A stretch of DNA of 64,000 nt from positions 31,723 to 95,722 of the forward strand of contig JBQCGX010000158.1 of NCBI GenBank assembly GCA_051955255.1, read 5' to 3'. Origin of the DNA: Agriterribacter sp. (GTDB lineage Bacteria; Bacteroidota; Bacteroidia; Chitinophagales; Chitinophagaceae). Below the pieces are notes generated by a model. It did not search any database and was not told the DNA's origin. It saw only the letters and a list, made by a program, of their open reading frames with translations. How positions within the stretch are numbered: the first letter of the stretch is position 1; the number at the start of each line of letters is the position of its first letter. Shown here piece by piece: positions 1 through 8,614 of this stretch. Made by a program: the position numbers and the translations under genes.

Positions 1-791
1 GCCTCGGTACAATAGTTAATAAACAGTGCAGCTATCCCCACCTGTGCAGCAACATAAAAGAATTGTGCTATCACCCCATATACAAAGTGACTGTGCTGAA
101 AGAGCGGTTTGGTATCCTGAATTTTGTCCGATACCATTTCGCTTTCTTTGATTTCGGGTAGGTAAGTTCTCCAAAACAAAAATGCTATGAATAAAACAAC
201 GATGGCGATAATGATATAAACCATTTTTACAGAATCAAGATTGCTGGGATCATTAGCAGACGATTCTCCAAAAAATACTTCTGCGGCTATTATTGGCCCA
301 ACGAACGATCCAACCCCATTGAAGCATTGCGATAAATTAAGGCGAAATTCAGAAGTTTCCGGCTTGCCTAAAACGGTTACGTATGGGTTGGCGGCCGTTT
401 CAAGGCATGTTAGCCCCGACGCTAAAATGAAAAGAGCGATGAGGAAAAAATCAAAACTCCCTGCCTGGGCAGACGGAAAGAAAAGGAAAGCGCCGAATGC
501 GTACAACAAAAGCCCTAGTATAATGCCTTTTTTATACCCGAACTTATTCATAAATAAACCCGCCGGCAGCGCTATCAAAAAATAGGCCCCGAAATAGGCA
601 GCCTGGAGCAGGGTTGATCTTGCTTTTGTTACATTTAATGCCTCCTGGAAATGCTTGTTCAGCACATCAAGCAGACCGTAGGCTAAGCCCCATAAAAAAA
701 ACAGGCTTGTAACAAGAATAAGGGGGAACAGGTAGCTTTTTGATGCATCGGATGCTGCTGTAGCCTTGGCGGCGGTTGATTGTAGTGCCAT
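1..791 (-). CDS. fucP: L-fucose:H+ symporter permease (MFS), N-terminal ~263 codons; gene continues past the left edge
   Basis: Absent from the ORF track because it is open at position 1. My reverse-strand translation from the ATG (complement of 789-791) reads MALQSTAAKATAASDASKSYLFPLILVTSLFFLWGLAYGLLDVLNKHFQEALNVTKARSTLLQAAYFGAYFLIALPAGLFMNKFGYKKGIILGLLLYAFGAFLFFPSAQ...GLTCLETAANPYVTVLGKPETSEFRLNLSQCFNGVGSFVGPII. This is collinear with E. coli FucP signature stretches (FFLW, ETAANPFVTVLG, FRLNLAQ-FN). It heads a fucose-type catabolic gene string. Confidence 0.8.
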   Translation of the reverse strand, partial: MALQSTAAKATAASDASKSYLFPLILVTSLFFLWGLAYGLLDVLNKHFQEALNVTKARSTLLQAAYFGAYFLIALPAGLFMNKFGYKKGIILGLLLYAFGAFLFFPSAQAGSFDFFLIALFILASGLTCLETAANPYVTVLGKPETSEFRLNLSQCFNGVGSFVGPIIAAEVFFGESSANDPSNLDSVKMVYIIIAIVVLFIAFLFWRTYLPEIKESEMVSDKIQDTKPLFQHSHFVYGVIAQFFYVAAQVGIAALFINYCTE

Positions 792-823
792 GCAATCTGT
801 TTGTTAGTTTGGGAATGTATCGT

Positions 824-1621
824 TTACAATGATCTGTCTAAATGCGTATAGCCACCATCAACATAAATAATCTGCCCCGTGGTGTGGCTGGAACGGCTGC
901 TCAGCAGGAATACGGTCATGTCCGCAATCTCTTCCGAAGTGGTCATTCTTTTTTCCAGGGGAATTTTAGATACGATCTGGTCGAGCTTTTCCTGCGGATT
1001 GGGTAAACTGTTGATCCAGTTTTCGTACAGCGGCGTCCACACTTCGGCTGGCAACACCGTATTAACCCTGATGGAATAAGGCAGCAATTCAACTGCCCAC
1101 TCTCTTGTTAATGCGTTGATGGCGCCTTTCGAGGCAGCATAACCGGAGGTATTGCCCTGCCCGGTAGTAGCTACTTTTGATCCGATATTTACGATGGTAC
1201 CTTTTACTTTTTTAAGATACGGCAATGCATAATGAGCCAGGTTATAATAATGACTCAGGTTTTTATGCAGCGATTGAAAAAACTTTTCAGGCGAACCATG
1301 TTCCAGCCCCACACCGTCGTTAATGCCGGCGTTGTTTACCAACCCGTCTATCCTGCCGTATTTTTCCACCGCAAAGTTTATTACGTCCTGGCATACCTGT
1401 GCAACAGATAGTTCTGCCGTAAAATAGCTTGCCTTTCCACCAGCCTTTACAATTTCGTCGGTAATTTTAATATTATCGTCTTTGCCTCTGCCCACTACTA
1501 CCACACTACCTCCCTCGGCAGCAATGGTTTTGCTGATTGCAGCACCTATACCTTTTGCACCACCTGTTACTATAAATACCTTATTTGCTAAATTGAGATT
1601 CATATTCGTTTGTTTTGCCAC
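824..1621 (-). CDS. SDR family oxidoreductase (candidate L-fucose dehydrogenase or 2-keto-3-deoxy-L-fuconate dehydrogenase)
   Basis: 265-aa ORF with an N-terminal TGGAKGIG Rossmann motif, NNAG, and the S...YxxxK catalytic pattern (YAASKGAI). Function is inferred from the fucose cluster context. Confidence 0.85.
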   Translation of the reverse strand: MAKQTNMNLNLANKVFIVTGGAKGIGAAISKTIAAEGGSVVVVGRGKDDNIKITDEIVKAGGKASYFTAELSVAQVCQDVINFAVEKYGRIDGLVNNAGINDGVGLEHGSPEKFFQSLHKNLSHYYNLAHYALPYLKKVKGTIVNIGSKVATTGQGNTSGYAASKGAINALTREWAVELLPYSIRVNTVLPAEVWTPLYENWINSLPNPQEKLDQIVSKIPLEKRMTTSEEIADMTVFLLSSRSSHTTGQIIYVDGGYTHLDRSL

Positions 1622-1629
1622 AGAAGTAA

Positions 1630-1695
1630 GTTTAGCGTTTGTTATTTGATGTTAGTCGCGTCAACGATAAAACCATAAACGACAAACGATAAATC
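1630..1695. repeat. Imperfect hairpin with simple-sequence arms (GT-rich / AC-rich) between SDR and lactonase genes
   Basis: GTTTAGCGTTTGTTATTTGATGTT (1630-1653) faces AACGATAAAACCATAAACGACAAACGATAAATC (1663-1695). The arms are partially complementary, in the same style as the other intergenic hairpins in this window. Confidence 0.45.
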
Positions 1696-1777
1696 TTTTT
1701 ACCTATGCGGTTTGTTTTGTAAAAGATAAACAATTCAAAGAGCAATAGGGCATCGCCTTATACTCTTTACCTCAACA

Positions 1778-2602
1778 TCATAAATTGTAAAAATCAATGG
1801 CATTGCCACCAAATACCTTTTCTCTTTCTTCTTCAGGATAATTCTCCATGTACTTTTCCAACAGGCTTTTCCATTGCACGTACATGCCCGAAACCAGTAT
1901 TACCGGCCAGTCGCTGCCAAACATCAAACGGTCCGTTCCAAATGCTTCAAACACTACATCCAGGTAGGGATAAAAATCTCCCGCGCTCCATTCTTTCCAG
2001 GCTGCTTCGGTAAACAGCCCCGAAAGTTTGCAATAAATATTGGGTTGAGCCGCTATCTCTTTCATCAGCTTTGCCCATTCGGTTATTTCCTTGTCCTTTA
2101 TATCTGGTTTGGCGCAATGGTCAATTACCAGCTTTTGATCGGGGTACAGAGAAACAAATTTGAGCGCCGGCTTTAACTGATGGTGGTATATTAAAACATC
2201 GAAAGTATAATTGAACTGTTTTAAAGCAGCCACGCCCCGCTGAAAATCTTCCCGCAAAAAAAACTCCGGCGCTTCGGCCTGCAATATGTGCCGGTACCCT
2301 TTTATGATAGTGTGGGGCGCAAAATGCTGCAATCTTTCTTCCACGTCGGGCGCTTTAAGATCTACCCAGCCCACCACACCTTTGATAATAGGATGTGTAT
2401 TGGCCAGCTCCACCAAAAACCTGGTTTCCACTTCCGATTGATCTGCCTGCACGGCTACGCATCCGTCCACTCCATTACGCTTAAGCGTTGACGCTATTGT
2501 CTCGGGAACATAATCCTGCTGCAATACTTTCATGCCGTCCATCCAGGCATCGCGCTTGCGATCGTATTTCCAAAAGTGAACGTGAGTGTCTATAGTAGTC
2601 AT
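1778..2602 (-). CDS. Amidohydrolase-2 family protein, L-fuconolactonase-like
   Basis: ORF 1778-2638. The likely true start is the internal Met giving MTTIDTHVHFW, the canonical IDxHxHFW N-terminus of PF04909-type lactonases. It sits in the fucose cluster. Confidence 0.8.
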   Translation of the reverse strand: MTTIDTHVHFWKYDRKRDAWMDGMKVLQQDYVPETIASTLKRNGVDGCVAVQADQSEVETRFLVELANTHPIIKGVVGWVDLKAPDVEERLQHFAPHTIIKGYRHILQAEAPEFFLREDFQRGVAALKQFNYTFDVLIYHHQLKPALKFVSLYPDQKLVIDHCAKPDIKDKEITEWAKLMKEIAAQPNIYCKLSGLFTEAAWKEWSAGDFYPYLDVVFEAFGTDRLMFGSDWPVILVSGMYVQWKSLLEKYMENYPEEEREKVFGGNAIDFYNL

Positions 2603-2623
2603 AAGTGGTAAGTGATAAGTAGT
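2603..2623. repeat. Left arm of the inverted repeat flanking four-helix-bundle ORF 1
   Basis: AAGTGGTAAGTGATAAGTAGT. Its reverse complement ACTACTTATCACTTACCACTT matches the right arm at 3024-3049. Confidence 0.6.
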
Positions 2624-2630
2624 TGAATGT

Positions 2631-2999
2631 TTAAGCACTTAATTGTTTTTCAACTGAACGCGATAAACCTACAATAATTTTTGTTACCTGGCCGCAAAGA
2701 AGAACCAGTTCATTCATTTTTTCCTTGTTTATATACAGCAGGCGTTCCGCCAGATAACACATCGATTTCACTTCATTACAAGAATTTCTAGAAATGTTTA
2801 GAAATCGGATGAACTCCTTTTTACTTCTCGAATCGAAACCTTCAGCTATATTATTTGATACTGAAACAGCGGCGGAGCATATTTGGCCTTTAAAACTATA
2901 ATCGTTGATTTGTTTAAACGAACTATATATTTCTACCGCCAAATCCTGAGCTTTTTGCCAGGCTATCAAATCTTCAAATTTTATTACTGGGGCATTCAT
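2631..2999 (-). CDS. Four-helix-bundle protein (23S rRNA intervening-sequence protein family)
   Basis: ORF 2631-3041, with the probable start at MNAPVIKFEDLIAWQKAQDL. Family hallmarks are present: FEDLxxWQKA, AAVSVSNNIAEGF, RSKKEFIRFLNISRNS. By eye it is more AT-rich than its neighbours. Confidence 0.85.
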   Translation of the reverse strand: MNAPVIKFEDLIAWQKAQDLAVEIYSSFKQINDYSFKGQICSAAVSVSNNIAEGFDSRSKKEFIRFLNISRNSCNEVKSMCYLAERLLYINKEKMNELVLLCGQVTKIIVGLSRSVEKQLSA

Positions 3000-3023
3000 A
3001 TTAACAGTTAGCTTTCTTCCGTA

Positions 3024-3049
3024 CCACTTATCACATACCACTTACTACT
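3024..3049. repeat. Right arm of the inverted repeat flanking four-helix-bundle ORF 1
   Basis: CCACTTATCACATACCACTTACTACT. It overlaps the stop codon of the SGNH hydrolase gene. Confidence 0.6.
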
Positions 3050-3713
3050 TTATAAAACCCAAAAACTGCTCTGCCAAAAACTTATTCCCTTCTTCGTTCA
3101 TATGCACCCCGTCTGATGTTAATACGCCTGAATATTTGTTTTCCGGGTTGTGCTGGTTGATGTAGTCTACAATATTCTTATGCAGATCTAACAACTCAAC
3201 CTTTTTATTTTTAGCGATTCCCCTGATGATCTCTGCATACTTGTTCAGGTCTCCATCCAGTTCATTCACATTGTCTTTCTTCTCACCTATTACAGTAGGC
3301 GTACATATTACCACTTTTGCACCGGCAGCCTGTATTTTGTCGATCAGTTTGTTATAGAATTTTTCAAACTTATCGGCATCTGTGCCCGTACCATGCGTTC
3401 TTTTATGCCATACGTCGTTAATGCCTATATAAATAAACACCAGGTCGGGCTTTTTAGAAAGCACATCATCTTCTAACCTAAGGTAGAGATCGTATACTTT
3501 ATTGCCTCCTATGCCCGCGCCTATCAGATCAAACTGGCTGGCTTTGCCAGATTTAGCAAGCGTTTGCTGCAACACAGTAATATACCCCGTTGGGCCAACA
3601 CCCGCCTGGGTAATAGAATCACCAAAAAAAATCACTTTCTTTTTTTGCATAACAGAAAAGGCAGACAAAAGTACCAGGAGAGAACCGGTAAATATCAGAA
3701 GTAATCGTTTCAT
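3045..3713 (-). CDS. SGNH/GDSL-family hydrolase, secreted
   Basis: ORF 3045-3743, with the likely start at MKRLLLIFTGSLLVLL (signal peptide). It has the block I FFGDSIT motif, the GxND block (IGINDVW), and a C-terminal DGVHMN (DxxH). Confidence 0.8.
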   Translation of the reverse strand: MKRLLLIFTGSLLVLLSAFSVMQKKKVIFFGDSITQAGVGPTGYITVLQQTLAKSGKASQFDLIGAGIGGNKVYDLYLRLEDDVLSKKPDLVFIYIGINDVWHKRTHGTGTDADKFEKFYNKLIDKIQAAGAKVVICTPTVIGEKKDNVNELDGDLNKYAEIIRGIAKNKKVELLDLHKNIVDYINQHNPENKYSGVLTSDGVHMNEEGNKFLAEQFLGFIK

Positions 3714-3729
3714 TGTCAGATGTAGCGGT

Positions 3730-4062
3730 TTAATCAAGCTCAAAAATCTTGTCCATTATTACCCATTTCTCGCCGGCTTTTGCCCAGGGCAATTGCTGCT
3801 GAAAAGTCCACATAAAGTTTTCCCATTCCTGCACACGCGGGTCAGCAGCATCAGAAGCAGCTTTCTTTTCAAAGGAAAAATCGTCTCTCACTTCCATGAT
3901 CATGAACAGCCGGTTACCGGTATTGTAGATATCCATTACCGTTATACCATCCGCCTTAATTCTTTGCAGGATGTCGGGCCATACATTCTTATGGATCTTT
4001 TTATATTCTTCTATAACAGCGGGATCATCTTTCAGGTCGAGCGTAAGGCAGTATCGTTTCAT
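3730..4062 (-). CDS. L-rhamnose mutarotase family protein (probable L-fucose mutarotase)
   Basis: 110 aa, MKRYCLTLDLKDDPAVIEEYKKIH...VWPD, typical of the RhaM/DUF718 fold. Function is suggested by the cluster context. Confidence 0.75.
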   Translation of the reverse strand: MKRYCLTLDLKDDPAVIEEYKKIHKNVWPDILQRIKADGITVMDIYNTGNRLFMIMEVRDDFSFEKKAASDAADPRVQEWENFMWTFQQQLPWAKAGEKWVIMDKIFELD

Positions 4063-4083
4063 GTAACAAGTTATTTGTGCTTA

Positions 4084-4944
4084 TTATCCCTTCCAGGCCA
4101 CCAGGGTTTGTTTTGCCTGCCCTAAACCATCAATACCCAATTCTACCACATCGCCCGCTTTAAGATAAACAGGTTCGGGCTTTTGGCCCAGCCCTACACC
4201 TGCCGGAGTTCCGGTGGTAATAATGTCGCCCGGCAGCAGGCTCATAAACTGGCTTAAATAAGAAACCAGGAAAGGAATTTTAAAAATGAGGTTTTTGCTG
4301 TTGCCATCCTGCATGGTTTTACCATTTACGGTAAGCCATAGCCGAAGATTGTCAACATCTTTAATTTCGTCTTTGGTTGCCAGCCAGGGACCGAGCGGCG
4401 CAAAAGTATCGCAGCTTTTGCCTTTCACCCATTGCCCGCTTCTTTCCAGTTGAAATGCGCGTTCGCTATAGTCATTATGCAACATATAACCAGCAACATA
4501 GTTCATTGCATCTTTTTCCTCTACGTATGATGCCTTCTTGCCTATTACTACTGCCAATTCTACTTCCCAATCGGTTTTTACACTGTTTTTTGGAATCACA
4601 ATAGCATCTTCAGGGCCAACAATAGCGCTGGTTGCCTTAAAGAATATGATGGGCTCTGTGGGTAGCTGCATATTGCTTTCAGCAGCGTGGTCAGAATAAT
4701 TCAATCCAATGCATATCAGCTTGGAAGGACGAACAACCGGGGCTCCTAACCTTTCTGTATTACTTACTACCGGGGCTTTTGCGGCATTGTCTTTCAGCCA
4801 TTTGGCAAGACGCTCCAATCCGTCGGTTTCAAAAAACTGCTCGGTATAGTCTTCACCAAAAGCAGAAACATCAATGCGTTTGCCGTCTTGCAAAACAACG
4901 CCTGGCTTTTCTTTCCCAGCCTGTCCAAAGCGAATCAATTTCAT
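4084..4944 (-). CDS. Fumarylacetoacetate hydrolase (FAH) family protein, candidate 2,4-diketo-3-deoxy-L-fuconate hydrolase
   Basis: 286 aa with the C-terminal FAH domain (GLNYSDHAAE, WEVELAVVIGK, GDIITTGTPAGVG). Confidence 0.85.
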   Translation of the reverse strand: MKLIRFGQAGKEKPGVVLQDGKRIDVSAFGEDYTEQFFETDGLERLAKWLKDNAAKAPVVSNTERLGAPVVRPSKLICIGLNYSDHAAESNMQLPTEPIIFFKATSAIVGPEDAIVIPKNSVKTDWEVELAVVIGKKASYVEEKDAMNYVAGYMLHNDYSERAFQLERSGQWVKGKSCDTFAPLGPWLATKDEIKDVDNLRLWLTVNGKTMQDGNSKNLIFKIPFLVSYLSQFMSLLPGDIITTGTPAGVGLGQKPEPVYLKAGDVVELGIDGLGQAKQTLVAWKG

Positions 4945-5068
4945 ATTAAATCTTTCTTTTTGAGTGGACTAAACTACTTCCATTTTTTTGGTACGCCAAA
5001 CCAATTTTTCGCAATCGTTTGTGAGGCTAACGCGCATTAGTGCTAATTTTAAGGTACAAGAACCTTTC

Positions 5069-6493
5069 ATGAATAAACGAGACGCTTCGCCGATAAGAAT
5101 TGTAACCGCCGCCAGCCTTTTCGACGGGCATGATGCAGCCATTAACATTATGCGCCGCCTGTTGCAGCAAAAAGGAGCTGAAGTAATACACCTGGGGCAC
5201 GACCGTTCCGTACAGGATATTGTTGAATGTGCCATTGAAGAAGATGTTCACTCCATAGCCATTACCAGCTACCAGGGCGGCCACATGGAGTTTTTTAAAT
5301 ACATGAAAGATCTGCTTCGCGAAAGTGGTTGCGAACATATCAAAATATTTGGCGGCGGCGGCGGTACTATCCTCCCCCACGAAGCAGAAGCGCTTCACGC
5401 CTATGGCATCAACCGCATTTACAGTCCCGACGATGGAAGGAAAATGGGCCTGGAAGGAATGATACAGGACTTATTGGACCAATGCAGCAATTCTGATAAA
5501 TATTACAATGCGCACAAACAATGGAATAATAAACCACCGCTTGCGGAGTTGAAAGACATACGCAAAGTGGCGAGAGCTATTTCTTTGGCAGAAAATAATG
5601 AAGCATACAGCGCTGTTTTGGAAAGCCTGTCAGCTCCGGATGTGGAAGCAGGTATACCGGTTATTGGTATTACGGGAACAGGAGGAGCAGGCAAATCTTC
5701 TGTAACGGATGAACTGGTGAGAAGGTATCTCCACTTTTTTCCCGAAAAAACGATTGCTGTTATTTCTGTTGATCCCAGTAAAAGAAAAACGGGCGGCGCT
5801 TTACTGGGCGACAGGATAAGGATGAACGCTGTTAGTAGCCCGAGGGCATATATGCGGTCGCTGGCAACAAGAGAAGACAATGCTTCTGTCAGCCGGTCTG
5901 CCAAAGCAGCCATTGATATTTGTAAAAAAGCCGGCTACAACTGTATTATACTCGAAACAGCCGGCACAGGGCAAAGTGATGTTAGCATTACGGGCTACAG
6001 CGACATTAGTATATATGTAATGACGCCGGAATACGGAGCAGCTTCTCAACTGGAAAAAATAAATATGCTCGACTATGCAGATATCATTGCTATTAACAAA
6101 GCAGATAAACCAGGAGCCGAGGATGCATTGAATGACGTAAGAAAACAGTACAAACGCAATCACCAGTTATTTTCGGCAACAGCCAACCAATTGCCCGTAA
6201 TAAGCATGTGCGCCAATAAGTTTAATGATGCAGGTGTTAACCGCTTATTTCATTTGCTGCTGCAAACAGTAAAGAACAAATTGCAACTGCCGTGGATAGA
6301 CGAAGCGAAGGATATTTCGAAACTGCAAACTGAACAAACCAGTGATGTTATTATACCGGCAAGCCGCGTGAGGTATTTGAGCGAGATAAGCAAAAGTGTT
6401 CGCGGCTACAACGTTTGGGCAGAGGAGCAGAGCAACATCGCATCGCAAATGTACCAACTGAATGGTGCAATGGAAATCATGAAAAACGGATAA
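5069..6493 (+). CDS. icmF: IcmF-like mutase, N-terminal half: B12-binding domain fused to a MeaB-type G-protein
   Basis: ORF 4988-6493 starts at TTG, so the ATG at 5069 (MNKRDASPIRIV) is preferred. It has the cobalamin-binding DGHD motif (SLFDGHDAAINI). The GTPase motifs are GITGTGGAGKSS (P-loop), GDRIRM, ETAGTGQSD and INKADK. Confidence 0.8.
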   Translation: MNKRDASPIRIVTAASLFDGHDAAINIMRRLLQQKGAEVIHLGHDRSVQDIVECAIEEDVHSIAITSYQGGHMEFFKYMKDLLRESGCEHIKIFGGGGGTILPHEAEALHAYGINRIYSPDDGRKMGLEGMIQDLLDQCSNSDKYYNAHKQWNNKPPLAELKDIRKVARAISLAENNEAYSAVLESLSAPDVEAGIPVIGITGTGGAGKSSVTDELVRRYLHFFPEKTIAVISVDPSKRKTGGALLGDRIRMNAVSSPRAYMRSLATREDNASVSRSAKAAIDICKKAGYNCIILETAGTGQSDVSITGYSDISIYVMTPEYGAASQLEKINMLDYADIIAINKADKPGAEDALNDVRKQYKRNHQLFSATANQLPVISMCANKFNDAGVNRLFHLLLQTVKNKLQLPWIDEAKDISKLQTEQTSDVIIPASRVRYLSEISKSVRGYNVWAEEQSNIASQMYQLNGAMEIMKNG

Positions 6494-6530
6494 TGCAGAA
6501 AAAGCAACCGTGTATTAAAAAACGATAACA

Positions 6531-8489
6531 ATGTCTTACCTGGAACTGGAAGAAAAATATACAGCGCTTACAAAAAAGCTCGCACCTGAGCTACAAAAGC
6601 TTTTACAGGAATGGAAGCAATTGCAGGAAAAATACGACAGCGAAGTATTTGAATACAAGGTGCGTGGCAAAGTCATTCGCCAGGAAATGACTACCACATC
6701 GCTAAGCGGTACTACTATTAAAAAAGTGTTGTTACCTAAATACAAAGATTGGGGAGATATTTTACGATGGCAGTTGCAGGAAAATATACCAGGTTCTTTT
6801 CCATACACTGCTGGTGTTTTTGAATTGAAGCGCCAGGGCGAAGACCCCACTCGGATGTTTGCGGGCGAGGGCGGCCCGGAGCGAACCAACAAGCGCTTTC
6901 ATTATGTTTCTGCCGGGCAAACTGCTAAAAGATTATCTACAGCGTTTGACAGTGTTACATTGTACGGGCAGGACCCTGCGCATCGGCCGGATATTTATGG
7001 AAAGATTGGTAATGCGGGTGTAAGCATTGCAACAGTTGACGATGCTAAAAAACTATACAGTGGATTTGACCTTTGCGATCCTGCTACTTCTGTAAGCATG
7101 ACGATTAATGGTCCCGCCCCTATTATCCTGGCGTTTTATATGAATGCGGCTATTGACCAGTTGTGCGAAAAATGGATTGCGGAAAATAACCAGTTCGATA
7201 AAGCATCTCAATATATTACTGAAAAGTTTGCCCCGGGTGAAACGCCTGTTTACAATGATCCATCCTCGCCCGGAAAAATTCCCGCAGGAAACAACCAACT
7301 GGGGCTTATGCTGCTGGGTATTTGTGGCGACGAAATTGTTCCGCCGGATGTATATGAGCAATTGAAAGCAACGGCACTGCAACAAGTGCGTGGCACAGTG
7401 CAGGCAGATATTCTGAAAGAAGACCAGGCCCAGAACACCTGCATCTTTTCAACGGAGTTTGCTTTAAAATTAATGGGCGATGTGCAGGAATATTTTATTG
7501 AAAACAAAGTAAAAAATTTTTACAGTGTAAGCATCAGCGGCTACCATATAGCCGAGGCAGGTGCAAACCCTATTACGCAGTTGGCGTTTACCTTAGCCAA
7601 TGGTTTTACCTACGTTGAGTATTACCTGAGCCGGGGCATGCACGTAGATGATTTTGCGCCCAATCTTTCCTTTTTCTTCAGTAATGGAATGGGCCCTGAA
7701 TACAGTGTAATTGGCAGGGTTGCCCGGCGCATATGGGCAAAGGCAATGAAACGTGTATATAACGGTAACGAACGGTCGCAAAAACTAAAATATCACATTC
7801 AAACCAGCGGGCGCAGCCTGCACGCGCAGGAAATTGATTTCAACGATATACGAACAACGCTTCAGGCCCTCTATGCTATTTACGACAACTGCAATTCACT
7901 GCACACCAACGCCTACGACGAAGCCATTACTACTCCTACTGAAGAAAGTGTGCGAAGGGCAATGGCAATTCAACTGATCATTAACCGCGAACTGGGCTCT
8001 GCCAAAACAGAAAACTTTATGCAGGGATCGTTTGCGCTCGAAGAACTGACAGATCTTGTTGAAGAAGCAGTATTAAAAGAGTTCGATCGCATTTCGGACC
8101 GGGGCGGCGTTTTAGGAGCTATGGAAAGAATGTATCAACGCAATAAGATACAGGAAGAAAGCCTGCATTACGAACATTTAAAACATACAGGCGAGTTGCC
8201 GGTAATTGGCGTAAATACTTTTTTAAGCAGTGAAGGAAGCCCCGTTATTATTCCAAACCAGGTAATACGAAGCACCGAGGCTGAAAAGGAGCAGCAAATA
8301 AAAAACGTGCTGTTGTTTAAAAAAACAAATGAAACTAAAAGTATACAGGCGTTAAACTCTTTGAAAGCAGTTGCAGCACAAAACGGGAACATTTTTGCAG
8401 AATTAATGAATACCGTTAAATATTGCACACTGGGGCAAATAACGCATTCCTTATACGAAGCCGGAGGTCAATACCGGCGCAACATGTAG
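6531..8489 (+). CDS. icmF: IcmF-like mutase, C-terminal half: acyl-CoA mutase substrate-binding (TIM-barrel) domain
   Basis: 652 aa with [63 protein letters not shown], the characteristic methylmalonyl/isobutyryl-CoA mutase core. Confidence 0.85.
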   Translation: MSYLELEEKYTALTKKLAPELQKLLQEWKQLQEKYDSEVFEYKVRGKVIRQEMTTTSLSGTTIKKVLLPKYKDWGDILRWQLQENIPGSFPYTAGVFELKRQGEDPTRMFAGEGGPERTNKRFHYVSAGQTAKRLSTAFDSVTLYGQDPAHRPDIYGKIGNAGVSIATVDDAKKLYSGFDLCDPATSVSMTINGPAPIILAFYMNAAIDQLCEKWIAENNQFDKASQYITEKFAPGETPVYNDPSSPGKIPAGNNQLGLMLLGICGDEIVPPDVYEQLKATALQQVRGTVQADILKEDQAQNTCIFSTEFALKLMGDVQEYFIENKVKNFYSVSISGYHIAEAGANPITQLAFTLANGFTYVEYYLSRGMHVDDFAPNLSFFFSNGMGPEYSVIGRVARRIWAKAMKRVYNGNERSQKLKYHIQTSGRSLHAQEIDFNDIRTTLQALYAIYDNCNSLHTNAYDEAITTPTEESVRRAMAIQLIINRELGSAKTENFMQGSFALEELTDLVEEAVLKEFDRISDRGGVLGAMERMYQRNKIQEESLHYEHLKHTGELPVIGVNTFLSSEGSPVIIPNQVIRSTEAEKEQQIKNVLLFKKTNETKSIQALNSLKAVAAQNGNIFAELMNTVKYCTLGQITHSLYEAGGQYRRNM

Positions 8490-8495
8490 CAAGGT

Positions 8496-8596
8496 AGCGG
8501 TCAGCCATCAGCATTCAGCTATCAGTGAGTGTTGTCTTGGCAACCAAAACCAAGAACTCCAAAACTTATCACCTATGACTTACCACCTGCCACTTA
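8496..8596. repeat. Low-complexity module pair (CAGCNATCAGC-type, then CCACTTATCAC-type) in a convergent intergenic region
   Basis: GGTCAGCCATCAGCATTCAGCTATCAG, then a small hairpin TCTTGGCAACCAAAACCAAGA, then TTATCACCTATGACTTACCACCTGCCACTT. The last part resembles the arm flanking four-helix-bundle ORF 1. Confidence 0.45.
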
Positions 8597-8614
8597 ATGA
8601 TAACTCAGAGCTCC

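Noticed and set aside
241-585. 114-aa plus-strand ORF in the track
   Set aside because: It lies fully antisense to the strongly supported fucP reading frame and has no recognisable motifs. The minus-strand translation is collinear with FucP.
2631-2999. Diversity-generating retroelement, because four-helix-bundle proteins are homologous to the DGR accessory protein Avd
   Set aside because: No reverse transcriptase ORF and no template/variable repeat pair is present near either four-helix-bundle gene (2631-2999 or 22454-22810).
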